64,000 nt of DNA from Felis catus (Eukaryota), in NCBI RefSeq assembly GCF_018350175.1, contig NC_058368.1, forward strand, positions 184,204,001-184,268,000, written 5' to 3'. The position numbers were made by a program, and so were the translations under genes. Under the pieces are notes generated by a model. That model ran no database searches and was not told where the DNA came from. It saw nothing but the letters and a program-made list of their open reading frames with translations. This document shows, piece after piece, positions 1 through 9,492 of this stretch (the stretch's first letter is position 1; each line of letters begins with the position of its first letter).

Positions 1-1444
1 AGGATATTCGATGTCTAATCAATATTGTTATTACATAACAATGACGGCTCTTTTTGGTTAGCAGAACATTTTGCATACTAAGAAACACATGCTTTCCTGA
101 CGAATCAAGACCTTTTTGGCTTTAAATGATGGATTAATATCTGTAGATAATTTTAGGCTGTTGATTGCTACCAACAGAGACAGGTGAATTTTAAAAAGGC
201 ACACTTCTAAGGTGATTGACCAAATCGGGTGAGGACCAAAGAGGGTTTGTTTATGTCTTAGCCTCTTTATTTTATTATGGATAGTATCATCTTCCTCAGG
301 CAAATAATTATTGCAAAGTAAATATTTCATATACAAATAACCCTTAAACTTGGCACCTTATGTACTGAGAGAAATATGGAAGAAATGTATCACAAACAGT
401 ATTTTATTATATTTTAGGAAATTCCTCTGCTGATTTGGGTAAAGTCTGGAGTATAAATGCATATCCCTAAAAAAAAGGTTCATTCTCTTTAATTACAGGC
501 ATTTTGGATTTCTGTCTGTACTGTGTGGTTTTTATTCCGTTAAATGCTGAGATGATAATGTGTAAAGCTCCCAGATTTTGGAAGGATTAGGCAGGGATTG
601 TCAATTCAAGCAGAGAATTTGATCTAAATTCTAAAAGATTAAAAAGTTTAAAACTGACAGGAAGGCTAATGATTTCATTATGATATGGTTATTGTCTAGC
701 ATGGAAGATATATCTTTTATAGATTATAAAAATATTCCAAAGAAACATCATTAAGATAGTTAGAAGAAAATAGCTCCTTCACCATTTACTTTATATAAAA
801 AGAAAACAAAGAAAAAAGAAATCATGTTTTGATAAATATTTTCTGCACTTTCTATGACATTATTTTATGAAACTTAGACCTTATAAGATAAAAACTTCTA
901 AGAAAATTTTAGAACTCTGCTAACAAGTTTAATTGTATGTAAGTAAATTATAGCACATTAATTACTACCTGTATATTAATTTTTGAGAGCTAGTCAAAGT
1001 TCTTTAAAAAGGCAAAAATAAAGCCTTAATTCTTCCCACATTATAAACAGGAGTAGAAAAATAATTCAGTACAATTCTTGTTTCTAGTTTAGCTGAAGGA
1101 CAAAATCTCAACATTATTCAATTAAGAGATGAAATTAACCTAACAAGTAACAGCAGTGGACTACAGATACTTTTGGTTTCTATTTTATACAGAAATAGAT
1201 ATGAACAAGCTAGGATTTGAGTAGCTCCCCAAAAGCTCCATATCTCCCAAAATACTTCACCTTAACCTGACAGTCTGAAGCTCCATTCTGTGAGACTGGC
1301 TTTCTCTGCCTCTTTTCTTAACACATTTTTTTGTATTAAAACCACAATGTAACTTACAAAAGAGTCACATTAAATGAATATGTTATGACCATATTAACAG
1401 GATTTGAGGTAAAGAAGATTTTTATTAAAGGTAAAAAAGATGGA

Positions 1445-1597
1445 GGGGCACCTGGGTGGCTCATTGGGTTGGGCGTATGACTGGCCCAGTTCACGATCTT
1501 ACAATTCGTGAGTCTGAGCCCCGCATCGAGCTCTGTGCTGACAGCTTGCAGCCTGGAGCCTGCTTGGATTCTGCATCTCCTTCTCTCTCTCTCCTCT

Positions 1598-1649
<52 letters not shown>

Positions 1650-1697
1650 ATCTCTCCCATAAATAAACATTTTTAAAAAGTAAAAAAAAAAAAAAAA
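1445..1697 (+). mobile_element. SINEC (Can-SINE, felid type), full length
   Basis: GGGGCACCTGGGTGGCTCA head, tRNA-like body, (CT)n, AATAAA and A-tail; flanks AAAGGTAAAAAAGATGGA / AAAGTAAAAAAGATAGA resemble a TSD. Confidence 0.95.
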
Positions 1698-1966
1698 GTA
1701 AAAAAGATAGAATGATTATGGACCCTGCCAGTGAAATCAGGACTATGTCACAGGCTATACTGAATATAAGAGAGGAATCAAGGAAACCATGTGGCTAGAC
1801 ACTGTTCATTGTGTCATTAGACATAATAAACCCAAATGTCTTCAGAAGCTGTTAAAATAATAATGTGTGACTTACTGGGTTATATGACAATAGGGCATAG
1901 TTGTGTGATAATGGAACATGAATACCTTCCCAACCTCAAAGCATTAAAAACCTTTATTGGGGGGGT

Positions 1967-2100
1967 GGGGTGTCTGGGTGGCTCAGTCAGTTAAGCGTCT
2001 GATTTTTGATTCAGCTCAGGTCAGGATTTCAGGGTAATGAGTTCAGGTTCTGGGCTGGGCTCCATGATAGGCATGAAACCTACTTAATTAAAAACAAACA
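1967..2100 (+). mobile_element. Short/older SINEC
   Basis: GGGGTGTCTGGGTGGCTCAGTCAGTTAAGCGTCTGA...CTCAGGTCA...; ends ACCTACTTAA + A-rich tail, no CT tract. Confidence 0.85.
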
Positions 2101-2822
2101 AACACACAACTTTCCTCTTAAATACTGTGCTAATTAAACACAATAGGTCAAGGTCAGAATTTTCCAAAAAAAAAAAAAAAGTCCTTTGCCAGGGTGTTAC
2201 CCCTAAACTTAATATTTTGAAGTAGTAGAGATTTAAATGATATGAAAGTTAAAACCCTTGTTCAATTCTGGCATATCATCCAAGTCATCTGGAAATATGA
2301 TGGGGAGTAGCAGAATGGTGTCTATTTATACTTCCCAAGACTTCCTCTCTTCCTCTCTTCCATCTATAAGGTGAGGATAAAAGTAGTACCAAAATGAGGA
2401 TTTAACAAAATCAGGTATACAGAGCCTGGTACAAAAGAATTGGTCATTGGATCAGAGGGTATTTGAGGCCTCATTCCTATTGGTCACTAAATACTTGGGA
2501 TGGGCTCATTTGAAGTTTATTCAATCTGTTTTCTTTAAACAAGAGGAAAACTCTTTTGTTTTAAAAAATAAGGCCTAATAGAATACAGTTGATCCTTGAA
2601 CAACATGGGGATTAGGAGTGCTGACCCCAATGCTGTTGAAAATCCACACATAATTTTTGACTCCCTAAGAACTTAACTATTAATAGCCCACTATTGACTG
2701 AAAGCCTTACTGATAACATAAATAGGCAATCAGCACATACTGTGTATGTTACATGTATTATAAACTATATTCTTATAGTCAAGTAAGCTAGAAAAAATAA
2801 ACTGTTTTTAAGAAGATTATAT

Positions 2823-2929
2823 GGGAGTGCTCCTGGCTGGTTCACTCAGTAGAGAGTGCAACTCTTTACCTTGGGGTTCTTTGAGCCCCACACTGGGTGT
2901 AAGGATTACTTAAAAAAATAAAAATCTTT
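2823..2929 (+). mobile_element. Short tRNA-derived SINEC (old type) nested in Tigger2a
   Basis: GGGAGTGCTCCTGGCTGGTTCACTCAGTAGAG...GAGCCCCACACTGGGTGTAAGGATTACTTAAAAAAATAAAAATC. Confidence 0.8.
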
Positions 2930-3137
2930 TTTTTTAAACGTTTATTTATTTTTGAGACAGAGAGAGACAGAGCATGAATGGGGGAGGGTCAGAGAGAGGG
3001 AGATACAGAATCTGAAACAGGCTCCAGGCTCTGAGCTGTCAGCACAGAGCCCGACACAGGGCTTGAACTCACGGACCGCGAAATCATGACCTGAACCGAA
3101 GTCGGCCGCTTAACCAACTGAGCCACCCAGGCACCCC
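2930..3137 (-). mobile_element. SINEC_Fc-type SINE nested in the tail of the preceding SINE
   Basis: Antisense SINEC with several CpGs retained; TSD ATAAAAATCTTT at 2918-2929 and 3138-3149. Confidence 0.95.
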
Positions 3138-3789
3138 ATAAAAATCTTTAAAAAAATCATAAGGAAGTGAAAATATATTTATAGTTCTATATTGTATTGA
3201 TAAAAAAAATCTGCCCATAAGTTGGCCCATGCATTTCAAGCCAGTGTTGTTCAGGGTCAACTGGTTATGGTTTGCATGAGATACAGTTTGATAGGAAAAA
3301 GTACTACCAAAATTATAAATCAATATTTGTATGGATTTTGTATATGTTTAATAATGGTATTATTATTTATTTCCATAAAACTCTAATCATTGCTATTCAG
3401 TGATATAAGCAAAAATAATTCCATAGGCCTGGACCTATTTTCCCAGTGACAAACCTCCTACATAAAATCTTTCATTCTTATTTAAAGTATAATTGGTTTC
3501 ACAATCTTCTATAAGGCTTATGGCTCACACAGTCAGTTTCCCTTTGTGTTACCATTGTGAGATAGAATGAGATACACAGGCTTCAGAGGAAACCATATCT
3601 GAAGAGGGTTGTAAGAATATGTATGGCTTTAATTTTTTTTCAGATACAATATTTGATATATCAGAAATTGCTTTAGGTTCAATTTGAGTCACCTTATCTT
3701 TAAATAAGGTGGAGCACTCTTCTGAAAGGGGGCCCCGATGGGTCAGGCTTCCTCACATAATTGGATCTCCAGAAACTGATTAAAACTCT

Positions 3790-4070
3790 TTTATTCACTC
3801 ATTCATTCACTTATTCATTCATTCACTGGATAAATATTTATATAACTACTCTATGACAGATACTATATAACATAGAAACCAGAAATACATAAAAACATAT
3901 ATAGCCTCTATCCTTATGGAGTTAAGTCAGTTAAGGATGATCACCTCCAAAACAGTCTACAATTGCAATTATTTGATACATGTTCTAAGAAAGATGTGCA
4001 GAAAAAAAAATGGATAAAGAAGACTTCCCATAAAGTCAATGCCTGAGCTGAATCTTAAAGAATGAATTTA
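3790..4070 (-). mobile_element. L2 3' end remnant
   Basis: (CATT)n-like ATTCATTCA tail followed by AAATATTTA...CCTTATGGAGTT...GCCTGAGCTGAATCTTAAAGAATGA, typical of antisense L2. Confidence 0.6.
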
Positions 4071-4139
4071 GTGTGAAGGTAAAATTTTAATAAGGCTGTT
4101 TAAAATAATACAAATTAGAAACCTAGCAGTGTATCTTTC

Positions 4140-4405
4140 AGACAAATGGGAAGACTGCACTTTTGTGCCCACTATGAAGTTAGGTATGGCCATGGACCTC
4201 CATTAGTCAATGAAATATAAATGGTGTTGATGCACATGTATCACTTGCAGGTAGTGGGATTAAGAACCAGCGAGTGATTCACTGTATTCTCTTACACCAC
4301 TGAGGGGACCATGGGGACACAGATTTGCCCAGAGCCTCCATGTGCCTGAGTATCTAGAGGCTATTATGAGTAGACTCATATGGGCTGACTGAGTTGGACA
4401 TGTAC
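4140..4405 (+). mobile_element. Old MLT1 (MaLR) LTR fragment
   Basis: GAAGTTAGGTATGGCCATG...CAATGAAAT...TCACTT...AAGAACCAG...GAGCCTCCAT motifs typical of MLT1I/J-like LTRs. Confidence 0.5.
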
Positions 4406-4559
4406 CTTTTCTTGCGGCAAACTATTCTGATTGATAAAAAGATTGGGAGGCGGTGGGTAGAGATGGGAGGTTAGATATGATTTTTGGACAGAGGGTAAAA
4501 GATTAGGAAAATAACTATGAAATAGTTTTTGAGGTTTTTTGTTTGTTTTTGTTTGTTTT

Positions 4560-5775
4560 ACAAATTGTGCTGGGACACCTTAATATTCACATGCAAAAGA
4601 ATAAAGTTGGACCCCTACAATAGGCCATACACACAAATTACTTCAAAGTGGATCAAAGACCTAAACATAAAAGAAAAATTTAAGACTCTTAGAAGAAAAC
4701 AGAATAAATGTGATTTTAGGTTAGGCAATGACTTCTTAGATATGATGCCAAAGTACAAACAACAAAAGAAAAAAAATAGATAAACTGAATTTGTCAAAAT
4801 TCAAATGTTTTGAGTTTCAAAGGACATCAATCAAGTGAAAAGGATAATCATTATGATTATAGAAAAATCATATTTCTGATAAGAGACCTGTATTAAGAAT
4901 ACCTAAGAAACACTTCTAGCTCAGCAATTAAAAGATAAATAACCCAATTTATAAAAATGGACAAATTATTTAAATAGACATTTCTCTAAAGAAGATCTAC
5001 AAATAGAAATAAGAATATGAAAAGTTGCTCAAAATAATTAGCTATCAAAGAAATGTAAATCAAAACTCAAGGAAATACCACTTCACATCCCCAAAGATGG
5101 CTATAATAAAAAAGATAACCAGCATTGGCAATGTTGTGGAGAACCTGGAATTTTCATACATGCTGATTGGAATGTAAAATGGTGTAGTCACTCTGGGAAA
5201 CAGCCTGACAGTTCCTCAAATGGTTGAACAAGTGTTATCACATGATCCAGCAATTTCACTCTTAGTTATGCATTCAAGAGAAATGAAAATGTATGTCCAC
5301 ACAAAAACATATGCAAAAACGTTCATAGCAGCATTATTCATAATATCCAAAAAGTAGAAATAACCCACATGTTCATCAACTGATGAATGGATGAACAAAA
5401 GTGGTTTATCCACATAACAAAATATTATCCTCCAACAGAAAGGAATAAAATAATGGCACATGTTATAACATGCGTGACACTTGAAAACATTATGGTTAAG
5501 TGAAAGAAATCAGTCTCAAAAGATCACAAGATAGCATGCAATGCCTATAATAGGCAAATCTATAAAGACAGAAATTAGTGGTTGTCATGGACTAGGGGAA
5601 GGAACGAATGGGGAGTGACTGCTAATGGGTTTGAGGATTTTATTTAGGGGGGATAAAATTGTTCTAAAATTAGTGATCATGCTTTGTAAAACTCTGGGAA
5701 TACAATGAAAAGCACTGAGTTGCACCCTTAAGTGTTTATTTTATGGTAAGTGAATCATATATCAATAAAGCTATT
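4560..5775 (+). mobile_element. L1M (old mammalian LINE-1) ORF2 C-terminal region and 3' UTR, degenerate
   Basis: ORF 4529-4783 contains CKRIKLDPY...YTQITSKWIKDLNIK, homologous to L1 ORF2p; ends in TCAATAAAGCT polyA signal. Confidence 0.9.
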
Positions 5776-5776
5776 A

Positions 5777-5961
5777 TTTTTACTTTTTTAAGTTTTTATT
5801 TATTTGAGACAGAGAGATACAGAGAGTGGTGGGGAAGCAGAGGGAGGGAGAGAGAATCCCAAGCAGTCTCCACAAGGGGCTGGATCCTATGGCCGCAAGA
5901 TAATGACCTAAGCCAATATCAAGAGTCAGACTCTTAACCAACTGAGCCACACAGGGGCCCC
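5777..5961 (-). mobile_element. SINEC
   Basis: T-rich tail, GAGA tract, ...TCAAGAGTCAGACTCTTAACCAACTGAGCCACACAGGGGCCCC. Confidence 0.9.
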
Positions 5962-5964
5962 TCT

Positions 5965-6290
5965 TTTTCTGAATCTATTAAGATGATTATGTGATTTATG
6001 CCTTTTATTCTATTAACAAAGTGTATATCTTTGATTTTTCAGATGCTAAACTAACCTTGCATTCGTGGGATAAATTCTTAGTGGTGATGGTGTATAATCA
6101 TTTTCACATTTGCTAAATTCAGTTTGCTAGTACTTTCTTGAGGACTCCTGCACTATATTTAAAAGGGATATTAGTCCATAGTTTTCTTATAACATCTCTC
6201 TGGTTTTAGCATCAGGGTCTGATAGAACGAATTGGGAATGTTTTTCTCTTTTTCTACTTTATGAAGCTTTTTATATTATTTCTTCTTTGT
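5965..6290 (-). mobile_element. L1 ORF2 (RT-region) fragment
   Basis: AACCTTGCATTCGTGGGATAAATTC...TTCAGTTTGCTAGTA...GGGATATTAGTCCATAGTTTTCTT matches antisense L1 ORF2. Confidence 0.8.
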
Positions 6291-6399
6291 CAGGATAGAT
6301 TAACTTTTAGTAGATAAATCAAGCTGAATATTTGTATTTATTTATTTATCTACTTACTTATGCTTTATAAAATTGAGATGACAGCTTTTCACTGAATAA

Positions 6400-7300
6400 G
6401 TTTAAGATTTTGACTAGCACAAGTTCATTCCTGCTAAACTTTGTCTCTTATAAGGTAGCTTTTTGGTTAGCTAGTAATTGGATATAAATTTCTTTAAAGG
6501 CCTTGAATCAATATGTCTCTCATTATTTGCCAAGGAGATCTATAGGTGTGATTATACTTTCAATGCTCCACCAGCTTAAAATTCTGCTTTTTCCCTTTAT
6601 TTTCTGTATATACAGAGTTCAAGGCCAGACAGAGTAAGATATTAGAGCCTTGACTGGTCTTATGTAGGCACACACTCAGCTATGCATATGTTCATGGCTT
6701 TCCACATCTCCAGGAAGATATTGGAGATTTTCAGTCATATATGGACATCTCATTCCTCAGATTTTCCCTATGTATTTTGGTCAACCTCTTGTTTGTCCAA
6801 GTTGGTATCATGTCCTCAGGCAGCTGCAATATGAAACAAGAATTGCTAATGATTGTTTTGCGATGATGCCTGAAGGATGGGGCTTTTCCCAATGCGTCAG
6901 GTAAATGAAAGTAAACCCTGTGAATGAGGCTTTTCAAGGAAGCTTCCAGAAAGGTCAAAATATTAGCAATTATTTGGTGATGAAACTTTTTAAGAAACTC
7001 CGAAGCCACTCTGTTTCCACCAGCAGCTATTAGGCTGATGGTTTTCCATAGCTATCTTGGTTGCAAGACTTTGGGTATGTAAGGCCACCGCCGAGCTATG
7101 GAGAGAAGGCTACATATAGAGCAAATTAAAATATCAGAGTCAACTGTTCTTAACCATTTTCTGCCATTTTTCTTGAATAAAAGCTCCTCAGATTGTTTCA
7201 AGCCTTTGGTTAACTTCCACAACTCTAAAAAGATAAATTTTGCTAATGTTTTTGCTGTTTTTAAAAAAAGAATGGATTTTTGGAGACTCACTACTACTGA
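6400..7300 (-). mobile_element. Old L1M 5'-end region (L1M4/L1MD-like)
   Basis: TTTTTCTTGAATAAA...CAAGCCTTTGGTTAACTTCCACAACTCTAAAAAG and CCTCAGGCAGCTGCAAT resemble antisense L1M 5' ends. Confidence 0.55.
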
Positions 7301-7477
7301 AATGGTCTCTTCCCCAGTGACTACTTCTGATAAGAAACGGAGACTTGGTATTCCATCACCTATCAGAAGATAGAATATTGAGCTTGCTGTTTATCCTCAT
7401 GCTGATTTTTTAAATTTCTGTGGGAATCTGACTCTGGTTTCTTTTCTCTGTGCTCACACCCAGATTTTTAATTTAGT

Positions 7478-7792
7478 TTTTTAATAAAAATTGTATATAT
7501 CCAAGATGTACGATATGACTTGATACACATAGACACAGTGAAATTATTATTATAGTCAAGCTAATTTATGTCTTCATATTGTTACATTTTTTTTTGTTTT
7601 GATGAAAGCAACTGGAATCTACCCTGTTAGCAAATTTCAAACATTCAGTATTATTAACATTTTCTACCTCTCTCACCTCCCCGCCCCTCGTAAATATCAT
7701 TTAACTCTCTGCGTCTGTGTATTCAACTTTTTTAGATTCCACATATCAGTGAGATCATATACTTTTTTTCTTTCTGTGTGTGGCTTATTTCA
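7478..7792 (-). mobile_element. L1MA-type 3' UTR fragment
   Basis: AAAAATTGTATATAT...AGTCAAGCTAATT...TTAGCAAATTTCAA...TTTAGATTCCACATATCAGTGAGATCAT...TGGCTTATTTCA. Confidence 0.8.
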
Positions 7793-8404
7793 GGTTTTTA
7801 AATATGTAGGAAAAAGCTACCTTTTGTCATAGGTTTGCTTTTTTAATATATATTATTTAGAAAGACTACTTGAAAATAAAGATTGTCACAAAATTTAAAC
7901 TTTGATAACATAATGAAACATATTTACTGACAGGAAATTTTAGTCCCTCCCCTGAGAAAATCTCTCATTCTCACTCATAACAGAAGACATTAAATTATAA
8001 ACAAATATTATTGTTCATTCTGACCAATAAACTAAGAAACAATGTGGATTTGATAATTGGATAGATGGTTGCAATAAATAAAATGTCCCCTGACATTGTG
8101 ATATATTCCCTTAGCAGTGAATTCATCCTTTCTAATCATTAAGAGCATAATTTATTAAGCTAAGCTTATATAGTTCACTTTTCTGGAAATGTGTATTTTC
8201 AGCTCTGTTTACTTGATATAACAAACTAATTTAAAAATTCAAAAAATTATGCTGAAGGACACTATAAAGTACTCACTGCATATTTGACAATACTTATCAA
8301 TGTCATGGCATACTTTTTTTTAATCCACAGAACAAGAAGTTTTCAAGTTGATTTTCATCTTTCCCCAGACTCTGCCTGATGTTATTTATCCTTGACAACA
8401 AAAG

Positions 8405-8630
8405 CAGCCAAGATGTAGTGTAAAATCAGTCCAGGGTGAGAAGTACACTTAAATTTGAATGTGAGTTTTATAATGATAAATTAGTAGTAAATGACTAAGA
8501 GAAGTGCCTAGGAACTTAATGCTTGACTTCTGTGTTCCAATCTGTAGAATGCCTCCATACAGGGTGGTTCGGGTGGTTGAATTAAATAGTGCACATATTA
8601 CAACTAGTATATAGGTGCTCAACATAATAC
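8405..8630 (+). mobile_element. MIR SINE remnant
   Basis: ACTTAA...ATCTGTAGAATG...CATACAGGGTGGTT...ATTAAATAG...TAGGTGCTCAA core order. Confidence 0.55.
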
Positions 8631-8814
8631 ATTTTTTCCTTCCTTAACTAAGGTATGTAAATTCTAGGAAAGATAAATATAAAAGGGAAAATCTGACTCT
8701 ATTTGATAGACCATCCACTGGTTGAAAGTGGGATTTGATATAAATTATATATTTTTTTTAATTATGATAGAAATTAATTGTATTCAAAGGCTACTCATCC
8801 CCACTTCCCATTAA

Positions 8815-9492
8815 GTCATTCAATCAGTTATTTGTTGATATATTCATCCAGCTACATATCTCTTTTGAGTTACCACTAACGACCAGGGATTAAGATTAAA
8901 ACAAACAACAAAGAAAAGGGGAATGATTATTGACTTTGGGAAGCTTCATTCTAGTGCCAACACCGGAAAAATGACAACAAACCTCCCCAAAATTGTTAAA
9001 GGCTGAGGTAATTATGGATTATTATAAGCATGTAAGAAAATACACGAGTTAAGGCAAATTGCAGGAGGGGGGCTTCAGGGAGTATTGTCATAGAAGGACT
9101 CTCTGAGGAGATGATTTTGGAATAAATACCTGAAGAATGTTAAGTAGGAGCCACATCAGAAACTGAAGAAGAAAATATACGTAAAATATAAATTAAACCA
9201 TTTCCAGGCATAGGGAAGAGGGAATGCATTGTCTCAAAAGTGGGGGAAATCTTGGTTTATGCAAGAAACAGAAAGGAGGTCAGAGGCATTGGAGCCTAAC
9301 AAATCACTGGGAAGGTGATGTGAAAAAAAAAAAAATTGATACTGGGCAAGAATCAGATTAAGCAGTGTCTTGTAACCAAAGGAGTTTGGATTTTGTCCTA
9401 AGTGTAGTGGGAAAGCAGTGGTGTGACTTGATCTGATTTATGTTCTATAAAGATGATTCTGGCTGCTTGTTGAGAATGGATTGGAAAAGGCC
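8815..9492 (-). mobile_element. L2 remnant
   Basis: GAAGGACTCTCTGAGGAGATGA, TTCCAGGCATAGGGAA, AAGGAGTTTGGATTTTGTCCTAAGTGTAGTGGGAA, AAAGATGATTCTGGCTGC. Confidence 0.75.

Larger units (their letters stand above)
2586..3263 (-). mobile_element. Tigger2a-like (MER28) TcMar DNA transposon, interrupted by two SINEs
   Basis: TIRs CAGTTGATCCTTGAACAACA ... TGTTGTTCAGGGTCAACTG; TA on left flank; body is the reverse complement of the copy at 13092-13431. Confidence 0.85.

Noticed and set aside
1354..1662. ORFs of 98 aa and 68 aa (RERERE / SLSLSL), and similar ORFs at 12680, 31874, 37908, 55833 and 61204
   Set aside because: They are translations of SINEC (CT)n/(GA)n tracts and microsatellites, not genes
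4529..4783. ORF with real similarity to L1 ORF2p
   Set aside because: Fragment of a dead L1 with stops and frameshifts; annotated as a mobile element, not a CDS
7324..7369. 9-bp inverted repeat CTTCTGATA / TATCAGAAG (also an 8-bp stem at 3690-3711)
   Set aside because: Short stems of this size are expected by chance in 64 kb of AT-rich DNA; no miRNA-length hairpin
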